A DNA stretch of 61,243 nucleotides, the filler included, from Sphacelaria rigidula (Eukaryota), in the NCBI GenBank assembly GCA_964200075.2. It is 10 parts of 10 records of this genome, joined end to end, with 100 filler letters (N's around TTAATTAATTAA, not from the genome) between each part and the next. Parts side by side here need not be neighbours in the genome. Positions count along the whole stretch, not along the records: positions 36,810 to 42,843 come from CAXNAA020022664.1; positions 42,944 to 48,977 come from CAXNAA020022665.1; positions 49,078 to 55,110 come from CAXNAA020022666.1; 7 more parts are not named here. One strand, 5' to 3'. Position 1 is the stretch's first letter. Every line of letters starts with the position of its first letter. Made by a program: the position numbers and the translations under genes. The notes beneath the pieces were generated by a model. The model saw nothing but the letters and a program-made list of their open reading frames with translations. It was not told where the DNA came from and searched no databases. This document shows, in pieces, positions 39,253 to 51,957 of the stretch.

Positions 39253-39899
39253 GAGCGCAGCATTCCTCCGAAGTCCGACGCACCAGCGGCCAGTATTTTT
39301 CCGTTCAACCTCTCCCGTGCTTTTTTTAGGAATTTACCCTATATCCACACTTTCCCGTATCCCTTCGCGGAATTTTCCCGTTTCTCCGCGGAATTTACTC
39401 TGGGACCAGTGACTTCCCTAGCCACCATAATCTGACGTTTCCCTACCCGGAATTACCGCAAGCTGTTTCCGTGGCACTCTTCACTTCTCTCTCCTCCTGG
39501 GGATTTCACGCGCGGAACCTCCAACCCCAGTGACGTCCCGAGCCGCTTGACTTTTCTCTCATGAAAATCTAACGCATCTTATTTCCCCGGCACCAGTGAC
39601 CTACTCTTCACCAGCCAATGCAACGGAACCTGCATGTCCCTCCGGTACTAGTGACGTTCTCAACCGTTTGACGCCCCTTTCGTGCCAGTGACTGCCACTG
39701 TTTTTTTTTTAACTTGAAAGAGACCTGCAAATGATTCCTATTTAACAAGAGGCGATCAAAGGGTTCAATTTCGTCGTCAGTTTGTCTCTCTATGATATAT
39801 CCAAATCTTTGATAGACTGACCCAGCACTCTAACCCTAACCCCGACCGTAACACACTGATGAGTGCAGATGGTGAACACTCGAGCACCGGGCACTTCCT

Positions 39900-40045
39900 G
39901 CGATAGCTTCTCCCCCCTCCCCCGCCCCCCCCAAACCAGCCTAAAACTTTCGCGAAGAAAAGGGTCGTACAGCGCCTGATGTTTGATTTCAGGCTGCATG
40001 AAGCGCTTTATATGGGCGACATTGGCGAAAACGAACCCAAGCGTG
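39900..40045. repeat. Dispersed repeat; reverse-complement copy at 55211-55340
   Basis: cgtacagcgcctgatgtt...tcaggctgcat.aagcgc matches 55211-55340 on the opposite strand. Confidence 0.8.
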
Positions 40046-41302
40046 GGACTCCCCAGCCGCTCGTTGTGCTCGGCTCATGTATTTTTTAAGTGAAAATGAT
40101 GCCGATGCCACAAATCAGCTGCTCGCTGTGCTCGGCTTCTTTCATTTCGATTTACGTGGTGTAGATTTTGCACCTCCAAACCAGCCACTTTTGGGGGGGG
40201 AGCTATCGCAGAAAGTGTCACCGAGACTCTCCTATGGCTGTCGTGGTCACGGGGTGCTTTGTCCTACGGCGCCAATCCCAACCCCTCAACCGCCGGAGGT
40301 GTTCATTTATTTGTGGAGTCGGCCTGATTCTCATATATATATATATATATATTCAAGTGAAAATGATGCCGATGCCACAAATCATCTGCTCGTTATGCTC
40401 GGCTTCATTTCGATTCACGTGTAGATTTTGCCTCTCCAAACCAGTCACTTTTTGGGAGGCGGGGCTATCGCAGCAAATGTCACTTAGGGAACCCATCACT
40501 AGAAGAATTTGTGGAATCGGCATCATTTTCAGGCTCTTTTCAAGTAATAACGATGTCAGTTCTACAAATGAACACTTCCGGCGCTAGAGGGTTTACCAGA
40601 AGCTAGTGGTCTGGCGGACCATGTGTCGTTGAGCACAATAACAGAGAGTTTTTCAATTCATCATGCAACCCCTATGCCCTGAGCCGTGGTGTCTTCTGTG
40701 ATATTTGGTTGTGCGCACGACCGGTACGAATCACATTGTCTCCTGCGAGGTGAAGTGATACCGATTTGCATCAGTCTCTCGGCCGCGAGAGTATCCTATC
40801 TCGATCGTGTATTATTCTTTCAAGTGAAATTGATATCGATTCAACAGATGACCTATCCTCGCCGTCTAGGGATGACAACCATTTGACCGCAAGGGGTGGT
40901 CCATCTGGAACATACTTTTCTACAGTGAAATTGATGCCGATTCGACTAATGACCTACTCTCTCTCGCCTTCGAAGGGTTCGTGTTGGCGTGGACTCGTAC
41001 AAGCTCTAAATACGAAACTACCCAGTAGGGGTAGTGATTAATCCTTAGACAGGAAGAGTAGGTCATCTGTTGAATCGGCATCAACTTCAACTGGGAGAAG
41101 AATACATGATCGATGGCTAATAATCTTCCGTGGGAAACTTCCGGAACACACGTGGTTGACTTGGTGAGCTTTTCGGCTCCTATTATGCGAGTAGTCCCCC
41201 GCCGCCGCCGCCGCCGCCGCCGCCGCCCCGAGGCCACCCTTGGATGTCCCTGCACTGTCAGATTGTGAAACTGTTTTGAGGCGACGCTCGCTGTCGCAGG
41301 GT

Positions 41303-42119
41303 TAAGACCATCTTTTATGGCAGTCACCGATCTCGATTTTTACGAAGATCGGGGGAAAATAATCTGGGAACGCGTTCTATGGACCCGATTTGGGAAAAAT
41401 TTACGGTGTCACGCTTTCATAACCATTTCTACCCATTTTTATCGGGGGAAATCTGAAGTCCCCCCGATTTCGAGGAGGTGAACGACGTGCATTGACGTAA
41501 AATGGTAGAGGACGAGGCTTTTGATATTTTTGCAACCGCAGCAGAAGACAGTCTCGTGACAACGCAGTGTGTGCCTGCCCGCGCCAGCTGCTGCAGCAGC
41601 TTCGCACGGGGTTTGAGACGAGTGGATAATGAGTATTGACGCCGTATACCCTGTGGCGACGTTAATATCTCATGCTGCACTGCGCTGCCACATGTATCAC
41701 TATACCGAACGGTGTTGTACTCTCCTAGTCTATTGTTGCTGTAGTTGCAGGGTGATGTTTTGCACTGGACTGCCGAACTCTTCTCGCAAACTGATTGCTC
41801 ACTGTTCTCGGAGTACCGACTGTGCCATCATGTACTACCACAAGACATTATCATGCACTGTAATAATGGAGTGTCCTGCACTGTATTACCCAAGGGTACC
41901 ATGGTACGACACTGTACTCGAAGGGGTATTCACCGTCTGCTTGCTCTTCGGCTTCATGCACGAGTACGCAATACCACACTGGTGCAGAAAATATCCGTCG
42001 GTGTACAGAACTATCTCACAAGTCTGTGATACAATAAAGCGGTCCTCCCGATTTCGAGTTCGCGAATTCGAGTCCCCGTCTAAAATAATCGAGATTCGTT
42101 GCCATAAAAGATGATCTTA
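41303..42119. mobile_element. ~820-bp TIR element (TA/TWA-flanked MITE) forming the left part of duplication copy 2
   Basis: TAAGACCATCTTTTATGGCA ... TGCCATAAAAGATGATCTTA; the copy-1 right TIR ends at 38562. Confidence 0.8.
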
Positions 42120-43077
42120 TATACATCGTCTCATCGACGGGCAACAGTAAACTCCTTCATATTGTCGATGCTGTCATATTCCTTCATAGGTAGTTCTTGG
42201 TTCTGTTTGATCAGTGTCTTCTGCGGTCGAGTTTTGTCTATGTTTGGAGGTTGAAATGGGTTCATTTGGGCACATATCTCAGACGGAGGATGGGCGGAGA
42301 TTGACGGTTATGCTTTGGTTCTGTTTGATCAGTGTCTTCTGCCTCGTTTCAATTCTTCATTTTCGTTCGGGGTTTTGTCGTTTTTATATTATTAAATACG
42401 TTCATTTCGCGTAGATTTGTCGGACGGAGAATGGATGAAACTTCACGATTATCTTCTTCGTTGTGCAGGGCCAGTGTCTTCTGCCCCGTTCCGATTCTTT
42501 TTCGGTCGGGTTTTATCGTCGTCGACGATGTTTGGAAGTCCAAAGACGCAAAAAAGGAGAATGTGTTGTCTCTGAGTAATCTCCGCGTGTCACAAGAGTT
42601 ATCTCTAAATAATATCCTCGTGTCACAAGATTTATGTTTGAATCATATATTCGCCTCTCAGCACTTCTCCATGTGGGCGACGGCTGATGCCGGTAGCAAC
42701 ACTCCTCATTCCCCTTTGCCTTGGGAAACGCTCGATTGAGCGGTGGCGCGAAGCGCCAAAAACCTTGTATTACTATTCTTATTCATTATGTTTGTCCGCA
42801 TTCCGCGTCTCTGGACGCAGGTGCAACAACCACGGGGCCTGAGNNNNNNNNNNNNNNNNNNNNNNNNNNNNNNNNNNNNNNNNNNNNTTAATTAATTAAN
42901 NNNNNNNNNNNNNNNNNNNNNNNNNNNNNNNNNNNNNNNNNNNGTTGAATCGGCATCAATTTCAAGTGAAACAACGTACGCATGATCCAGCAAGACTAAT
43001 CTCGCGGTCTAACGGTTAAGCCCGAAAACCCCAAATTAAGCTAAACCTTAAGCCCCCTTACGGAGCTAATGCCTAAT

Positions 43078-43365
43078 GACAGATGACTTTCATTTGGATG
43101 ACCCCATGCCCCCCGACCTCCCTGAAACCATATTGGGTGGGGTTTCCCTTCGTTCGTTTCCCCAAATGATATGTGCGAAAGCATATGTTTGCCCCGACTC
43201 CGGGGTGAAAACAGGGGCGCTTTGAACCCACAAATGGTGCTTTCGCACATACCATGGATGGGACGACAACACATGCCCTCGGGGGAACGAAGACGGGAAA
43301 CCCTCCAAAAATAGTTTCAGGGAGGTTAGGGGGGATGAGGTCGTCCATATGAAAGTCGTTCGTCG
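43078..43365. mobile_element. Foldback MITE-like inverted repeat
   Basis: gactttcatttggatgacc...cctccctgaaac...gggtttccc / gggaaaccc...gtttcagggagg...ggtcgtccatatgaaagtc, with inner arms tatgtgcgaaagca / tgctttcgcacata. Confidence 0.75.
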
Positions 43366-46300
43366 TGACTTTAGGTCAGCGAAAACACTGTTTCAGAGTT
43401 GAACCTCATTTCAATGTTCGACCTCATTTTTGAAGATAATCTCACGTTCCCACAATCTACTGGAAACTGACTCGGGTTACCGGTTGGTTCACGCTGATGC
43501 AATGTTTGAATGTTTGCACCGAGTTGTACTCAAGATTTGCGCACATATGCTACGGAACATCACGAACCGTTCTTCTTATTATTTTTCCCCCGCCAGTTGT
43601 CGGGGATCCCGGGGTCCTGAAATTTTACATACATGCACCATGTGACCTTACGAGTTTTTTTTTCATCGATATGGTCTTTCGATTTTTCCAGAGCTTGACC
43701 AAAGAATCGGCGTAAACATTTGTGCCTCTGTGCAATGAAGTGAGCTTTATGTACCGGCTTCCCGGGGTCTTTACGCCGGGACCCGCGAAAGCCGGTCAAG
43801 GGCGCTGAGACTTTGGATTTGGATTTTTTTCAATAATACATTTTCCCCATCTAGAGCACCATTACTCGCCGAAGTGCCGAGTTTGGGGGCGGTCGGACTG
43901 TCTATACGACAAATATGAGGGAAATTGTGAGGATGTTTCCGGGTCTCTTGATGCATATCAGTGAAGATCCGCGACGCCAAAACCCCACATCACCCAAATA
44001 CCACAGTTTGGGGTACAATTCGATCTAACTGTAATCGTTTTCAAACACGTTTTCCCCGTCAGATTCCCGAGCTGATGATAATTACTACGACTTGAATCAT
44101 GTGGAGTTTAGATAAAAGGCGTGTCCGGAATCCGTGTTTTTATTTTCAGAACAGTTTGTAGGGCGCCGATTGGTCAAGGTACCTTTTCGCGTTTAGCGCC
44201 ACCGCGTTGGCCTTGAACAAAACTCTGGCTAAGTCAGTAGCCCATAGCGGTTCGTATGATACCATGTACGTGACTACTGGGTAGGTATTACGAAAAGCTC
44301 TTGCTCATCAGTGAATTTGGGATCAAACACCTCAAACCAGCCCTGTAGCCGGTTCGGGCCGTGCCTACCCTGCTCAAAGAAGTGGATCCTACTCTAGTTC
44401 GAGTATTCAAACGCCGCGTGGTTAACTAGGGCGTGTCTTTTAGCGATGGGGAAATCGGTGCTTGCAGCAGGTGGTACTGCTCATATTGCGGCGGCGGTTT
44501 CGGATTGTCACTATATCGCCTTATTGCGGTCACATTTACCCGTACAGTTTCGGCGGTGAATGAAGGCCTTACCGACCAAAAATCCGTTTCCCACAAAAAA
44601 TAAAATGAATGCGGAGGGATATTGAAGACGTATTGAAGACGTCATGGACTGTTCGGACCTGTGCCGAACCTGTGCCGAACCTGTGCCGAGCATAACACAC
44701 GCTCCATCCCAAGTTACATAGGTTTAGTATGCGACAGATGTAATTTTTTCATCGCAATTATCTCGAGACAGGAAGCACAGCGGCCTCTGGAACTTCACAG
44801 CTCCCCGCACACACACTAGACCAATTCAGCACCGTGAGCGGATTTGCTCAATTCGCCACAGTGGATCCGAGAAGCCCCAGGACGTTGCAGGAAATGCGTT
44901 TTCAGTACATTTCGTGTTCGGTGCAGCGGTTTGCGAAGTGCTGCGGCCTCCGCGGCACGCGTTACGGAAACCTGCTTGCGACACTTGATACCTCTGGTGT
45001 GTGGAAAGCGCATGCATCAAACCGCAGTCCAACCCTCTGCTTCGTTGCCGAGAAAATAGAGTTGAAAGATAAGCACAACAACATACTGCAAGAAGAGGGG
45101 CACAACAACAACACGAGCAGCAGCTTCTATCCTCCTGTTGTTGTAACCCTGTATACAGGTGTACAGCAACGTCAGTCACAGGTGTGTTGTAGAATGGACC
45201 ACAGCAATAGTACATTTTGTATGAGCGCCGTCGTCATTTTGAGTGACGCGTGTACTTGTGATTGATACTGATTGGCTCATTTAGGTTTCATTTCTTCTGC
45301 ATTCAACTGACTGTGGAGTTGGTCGGTCCATTTTCCAGGCATTTAGTGCCCAAAATCGGGCCCCATTCACCCCCATAACAGTACTGAGCTGTCCTGTTGT
45401 AGTATGATACTGAAAACTGAAGCGGTTTAGCCGTTTCGGCGCATGCCAGGTGTTCTCATGGTATCGAATGTCTTAGTCTGGCTAGAAAACGGTATTCTAA
45501 CGCCGTTCCGTTGGCTTTAGAGGCCTGTCTGGTCGGGACGGGGGAATCGGTGCTTGCAGCATCAGTTTGCGAACAGATTTGCGCCCGCAGCGATCACATT
45601 TGAGTGTTGCGGAGAACGCTGAATACAGTACAGTATAGATCTGCAAACGGGTTTGACATAAAATATGCCGCGTTTCTTGCGGGGGTTGCCGACCCGATTC
45701 AAGGTCTATATTCACAAGCACAAGACCGAAGGGTATACACCCACTGCCTCGATGCACTTGTGTGTTTGATAGCTGAACGGGCGGCATTGTGTTGGTCGCG
45801 CCGACTGCTGTTGACGCATGCGCTTTGTTCGTTCAACAAACCAAGCGGCAAAAAAGTACACAAGACATGATCGCCCACCCCTCGAAATGAAAAGCGACCG
45901 GTGTTTCCCCGCCTTGTCGCTAAAACGGTAGACTTTGTGTCAGCATTAAACTCAAAATATTTTTTCGAGGTGTGCAGAACGAAGGCGTCAGTTCACTCAC
46001 ATAACGTTTCTGGGGAACTGTTCAGAGTTTGCGAAGCTGTCCGTGCTATGTTCTTGCCTACTACACGTACCCCTCTGCTTTTGAACCTCCGAGACCGACT
46101 TTTTTCACGCATAGCAGCTTGGAGTTGGGGCAAAGTACTTCTTGTGGTGTACAACGATTGTTTTTCAATATTTGCCCGAGGGGACCGAAACATTATTTCC
46201 AAAGTTCACACCGTCTCAGCGCGTAAAAAGGTATCGTTGCATCGAAGCTGCCTCACAAATCCTGACGTGGTGACGGGTAAAACTATTCAATCAAAAGAAA

Positions 46301-47092
46301 CAAGAGGCTTGGTCACTTTTGTTCTGATTTCCCTAGGCGAGCCAAGCCTACGCTGGGTTTCAAACAAACGCCCACAAGTGCAGCACAGTTCGGAAGAGAG
46401 AGAAGCTATAGGTGTGCGCAAGTGTGCTGCCGAGTTCATCTTGTGATGTCCTTGGACTAGACAAATCGATTGACTTACCATTTTATTTCCCTGCGCGATG
46501 ACATATTGATCAATCGGCAAATGTGTTGAATCCAAATGGCAACAACCAGAACAACACAATACGGTAAGCACAGCGGAAGATGACGACAATTTTCTGTTTG
46601 CACGTGGGCAGTGTTGTAGTCGTTTTCACTCCCTCTCTCTCGACACCCAAGGTTACCGCAATTACACCCTAATACCCAATCATTCACAGTCCAGTAACCC
46701 TCATCATCGCCACGCCTCGGCCTGCTGCCCGAACGCTGGCTACAGCTGACGTTTACACTTGAGAAAATATATCATGTGGTCATGTTTTCTCGTCAAATGT
46801 TATTGAACTATTCAACTGCGTGACGTATGACATTGTTTGATGAAGTGACAACGGCGCGCGTTCCGGGGTAGGGCTTCGGACTTCAGGCTACTCTTTATGC
46901 GCGCCTCGTTGCGAACGTGGAGGCGATAAGGGACTGGACCTGTTGTGGTCTAATGATGTCATACTCTATCGGGTGTGTACTTATTTTTTTGCGGACGCTT
47001 ACGCGTGCACCATTCATGTTGATTGTTTTTTCAGACTGAGCTGGGGGGAGGGTTCAACAGCTGCTTCTGGTGCAGGCTCGAGGGACAGGACA

Positions 47093-47322
47093 ATGGCCTC
47101 TAAGTCCCCTGTCGACCTTTCTTCAGGCCGTCCTACAGAACGGTCTCCTAGTTCCTCAGGACAACGTGAGGAACGCAAAGAAGGTTACTGTGGTTCCGAG
47201 AGAAGGCACAAGTTGGAGCTGGTGGCGAGACGGGTGTCGATCTTGCTGCTCTACTCCGTGCTCCTAGTGGTGGGCCTACTTCTGTTTCTTCTGTACTATC
47301 TAATCATCTGGCCCGCAAAAAG
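47093..47322 (+). CDS. First coding exon of a probable membrane-anchored hydrolase (N-terminal TM helix)
   Basis: Acceptor ttttttcag at 47034, ATG at 47093, hydrophobic run VSILLLYSVLLVVGLLLFLLYYLIIW, donor AG|gtgagt (phase 2) matching the next exon. The true start could be further upstream. Confidence 0.75.
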
Positions 47323-47634
47323 GTGAGTCATTGCGTCTTGCTCAGGTCATTCGCTTGGTTAGTCATGTCGGCGTTTTGTTGCGTCGGTTCCCTCGTTCCT
47401 CGTCTTTGTTTTCTCTGGTTGTTGCTGTTGTTTCGCGATTTCGTCAGGGGGAGAATTTCCAAGGTTGTGTGCTGTAGGGTATGCGGGCTGAAATTCGGAT
47501 ATTTACGGAAGTACAACGGAGGTACTTGATCCGTAGATACCCTTCCAAACCATACATTGTTCGGGACAGGGCTCGATACCCTGCAGGATAATGTCGGAAT
47601 GCTCGGTACACATTCTGGTATGGTTTAGTTTAGT

Positions 47635-47635
<1 letters not shown>

Positions 47636-47696
<61 letters not shown>
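47636..47696 (+). repeat. (TTG)~20 microsatellite, intronic
   Basis: Perfect trinucleotide run. Confidence 0.97.
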
Positions 47697-48014
47697 CTTC
47701 ACACTACACCGTTCCAATATCTGCGCAGTACTCTGTACTGGGCATCTGATGCGGACGCCTTCCGTGGGCACAGGCTAACCAACCCAAGCGAGGGTAAAAG
47801 GAAATCAAAGAATAAAATCGGACCCAGCAACAATTCACACAGAAGCGATACAAGATAAATGAAGAACAATAAGATGAAATAACTAGAAAAGAGTATGCCA
47901 ACCAATATTCCCTCACTTTCGGGCATACCCTACAGAATACAGCCTTCGATTGACGACTTACGAAAGCTCCACATCATTTTAATTTCGTTTCATTGTTTGT
48001 GCGCGTTTTGTCAG

Positions 48015-48183
48015 GGTGCGGAAGAGTTTCGCCCCAGGTGATGAGCCTCTGACCAACGACTGGTGGGGTCTGCACGCCGGAGATGACCCTGATGCCAGAG
48101 ATGCCCGGAAGCCCAAGGCGGTCAATATGCGAAAGGGAATCGAGCTGCGCACGTGTTACATCACGACAAGGGATGGTGTGAAG
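48015..48183 (+). CDS. Second coding exon, probable CocE/NonD (peptidase S15) or other alpha/beta hydrolase N-terminus
   Basis: Acceptor gttttgtcag|G, 169 bp, completes the AG/G Arg codon of exon 1; ends ELRTCYITTRDGVK|gt, matching the Y(I/V)xMRDGVxL start motif of CocE/NonD hydrolases. Catalytic exons are off-contig. Confidence 0.65.
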
Positions 48184-48862
48184 GTATCGCTATGTGAGGA
48201 TTGTGCTTCCCCCCCCGTCCTTCCGTCCCCCCGTACGTTCTGCACCGTTTGCTGGTATCCCGTAGGACGTAGCACAAAAGCACCATGCCTCCGCTGCATC
48301 GCCATGTTGCTCTGTTTTCTGACGGTTAGGCCACTACCTGATTCTAGTCCTTTTTATCGCACGGGGCCTCCTTGTTTACGATATCCTCAGGATAGCCGGG
48401 ATAGGTCATCCGCTGTAATCTGCGATCCGACCGTGAAATCCGTTCCTGGACCTTTTCCCATTCTGTCATCGGAATAATATATACTGACCATGTTGGTTTC
48501 ATGCTTGACCGTTTTCGTCCCAGCTTGCGACAGACGTATGGATTCCGAAGAAGGCATTGGCGGCTAAAGGACGACTCCCGGTCATCTTCCATCAGGCCAG
48601 GTTAGGTTGATGTTACCTTGATAAAGGCGGATAACATGTCATTCATTGATTCGCTCCCAATCTAGCCGTGAGGGCAAGGTACACGTGCTCAGGGGATATA
48701 TACGAAACGCTCGTGAAAAACAACGCCGGCATCGAAGGGCAACACCAAGAGAGTCCAGGCGGACAAATAAGACAAGAGCAAAGAAAAATAGAGTTCAAAC
48801 TACGCCGGACTCAAAACGGTTCCGAGGTAACTTCACCAGTCCCGCCCCCTCGCCAAGGCTGC

Positions 48863-48931
48863 GTGCTCCCTCTCGAAAGGGATGCATGGTCAATAGTCAA
48901 ATCACTAAGGCGAGCAACAAATGAGTACGCC
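48863..48931 (+). mobile_element. Extremely 5'-truncated copy of the LINE 3' end seen at 36015-36085
   Basis: tctcgaaagggatgcatggtcaatagtcaaatcactaaggcgagcaacaaatgagtacgccc aligns with the reverse complement of 36015-36075. Confidence 0.8.
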
Positions 48932-51900
48932 CCCCCCCTCCCCCGCCCTGGTGAGACACCCATGAGGCAGTGTATAANNNNNNNNNNNNNNNNNNNNNNN
49001 NNNNNNNNNNNNNNNNNNNNNTTAATTAATTAANNNNNNNNNNNNNNNNNNNNNNNNNNNNNNNNNNNNNNNNNNNNCACGCCCCGCTTTGAACCACGCT
49101 TCTTTGTCGCGACTGTTGACCCACCCCCATTTTCCCCCGTAAGCATTGTGTGCCCCCCCGTTCTCCACCAGAACCCTCTTCTACTACACCGAAATGGCGC
49201 GACCAACATCGGACAACGATCAAGAACTGCTGACACGACCGCTACCTACGACTACTGGAGCCATAGTATCCCCTCCATCTGGCGCTCGATCTCGATGGAT
49301 CACCGATTTCCCGATTTTCGGTCTTGCAGTTTTTAGCACCTTTGGATTCCCCCAGGTTGTAGCTCTGCTCCCTGTTGTACCTCCCTGTTTTCCCCCTTGA
49401 CTTTTGCTACGACGCCCAAGCAATTTGTGCTTCTTCTTCAATCGCTAGCACGCCGAAGCAGTTTGTGGTTCCGCGTTTCGCAGCAGATTTTCTTTCCTGC
49501 TCCTCGAAGCAGTCTATGCTTCCCTTCTTTTGAGGTGTGGGAGTAGGGTACAGGATTGGTGGTACTGGAATGCCAGGTACGGGAGTGTTCCTTTAGGTAT
49601 GCTTTAGTCGATCAAGACTTCACCAGTGAAGAAAAACCTCAGTTTTCGCTGCTTTGAGGATAAATCCTCCCAGATGTAATAAATGGTTGTCTGGGTGGGT
49701 TAGTGTCATGAAGACGCATATTAGTCTGTTGATGCCGCTTCAGACCCGTTGTCGATTCTAGCCATGGCGTGCCTTTGTTCCGGAGACTACAGGTCTGTTC
49801 GGAGTTGGTCGGATACGAATGTGACCCTGTATAAGCACATGGATGATACGGGCTCTGTTCGCTGTAGCCACGAACAAACCCCCCCTCATGAGCACTATCA
49901 ACTGCTCTCCTCTGCTAGCCAGCAAAAGGAAGTCTAACCATCGGTGAGAGATATTGGCTGGTCTGGGTTGGATTGATTGAGTGGGTATCGGAGTCAGAAT
50001 CAACATAATTAAGAGAGAAGTCAAGAACCTATCGCGTGAACCTCGGCTGATATTTGGATACTGAGCAGGTTACACGGTATCTACAAGTTGTAACAGCCTG
50101 ACGGTTGTACACTTGCCTGCCAAGCTTGTGCTCTGGGTTGCAAGCTGTGTCCTTGCATTATACTGTCGCTTGCTCTTTATCACATTGGCGTTTGACTAAG
50201 GAACTTCCTCTTTGGCTATTGCGTTTCTTTCTTGTACCGATTTGTACACCTGGCTGCCAGCTGTGTACTGCAGCTTTTGATCAATTGCTCTTTTCCCTTC
50301 GGCGTTGTAGTCAAACCTACCGCGAGGTAGTCAGTGGCTCTCGATCTTCCGCCCCGTGTGTCCCTCGGTAAAGTGTATTCGTGCCCTGCTACTGGCAATT
50401 ACTGTAGCGTTCGACGCCACATCTTGTGTGGTCAACGTGGGTTCAACGCGCACTGCTTTCTGTTCTTGTCGTGCTGTCAATTTGACACCACCTACACAAA
50501 TCCCAACGATATCAGTCCCGCCTGCACGACTTTTGAATATTTTCTTGATTCCACAGCCCGGCGCGACCCCCCGCATCAAGCCATCGTTGGCTCGTGTATT
50601 TGGCCTTGTGGCCCCTTTCCTTCTGTAGAATAAGTCTTCTACTACAGGTTTGTACAGAACACCAGTGCACAAAGTCGCACTGTTCTTCATAGCCAGCCGC
50701 TGTTCCTAACCCGAACTCCTGCCAAGCTGGCACGCTACTGCTCTTATTTTTCAGTATCGATTGTACGCGATTGTTGTATCTTTCCTTCACGAAATTACTG
50801 AAGTATGTACAGACCGTGTCCACACAGTGTGATAACGGACGTCTGCACCGAACTTCGGATTGTTCCGGTACTTTACCTTCGTTGCTCGAGCGACCTTGTT
50901 GTTGTTGTGGCTTTAGCTTCGTTGCTTGTGGCTAATTTGTTCTTGTTGACCTCTTGTGTACTTCGCACAGCTGTAAGGCAACGCGATACATCACCGTGGT
51001 AAGTAGCAATACACAGCATAACGTGCTGTGAGTTTCTTTCTCCTTTGAAAACTTCTCGAACGAACAACTTTATTGTTCCAAGACGGTTTCGTTGCAATAC
51101 TACTAGTTGAAACACTTCGACCTCCGTTACGTGCTCATTTCAACGGACAGCACTCGAAATCGGTGCCCGTTGCCTGTGCACTACATATTTTTCGGCACCC
51201 GCTCCCAGCGTTGCCCCTGTTGTGCATCACATCACCTTTGTTCCACAAACATACGTTGTCTCAACTTCGTTGGATAACAAGCCTTCGCTCTGCACTACGC
51301 AGTCCGAGTTCGCGGTCTACTACCGAAGCTTTGTAAAAGCTTTTGTGCTGCCTTGCGCTGCACAGTTTTCGTGCGCATCTGAGAAAATATATCTATATCT
51401 TTGGTCCTTTTCATTTGCACACCGCCAGTCGTTCCTCAACTTGTACTGGGATCATACAGTTATAGTCTACCCGTGACGCTACATCCGGAACACATGTAAC
51501 TTGTTACTCCACGCACCAGCGCCGCTACAGACACTCGGTCTTCGCTTGTCTTCGGCGACATACGCCTGTGCTGCGCACAATCCAGAGCTAGCGATTACCG
51601 CCATGACTTGAATAAAGTTGTATTCATCGGACCAGGACACAGTTGTTACAAACCGCAATTCGCTTGAATAAATTACTCAAGTAAATCAGGTCCTGCGGTC
51701 CCCTCAGGCGCTATTAGGCTTCATTATCCAGTATTTTCCGGATCAAGCTTCGGCTTCTGCACGTAGCATCCCCTGGTGTCACGCTCCTTTGATTAGAGCC
51801 CCAGACCAGACATACTGCACCTTCTCTTTTTTTAGCACAAAGTCCGCGTACGCTCATCATGTCGCACAAAAATAACGCTGGCTCTTCCCCTCAATTGGGA

Positions 51901-51957
51901 AACCAACCCCTTCGCCGGACCCGACGTTAAACTACTGGCGGTTCAAAACCTTTCAAG

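Noticed and set aside
39829..39851. Telomeric CTAACC repeats
   Set aside because: Only about two units, internal to a repeat region.
44619..44689. 11-bp tandem repeats (TATTGAAGACG x2, ACCTGTGCCGA x3)
   Set aside because: Ordinary local slippage duplications with no wider structure.
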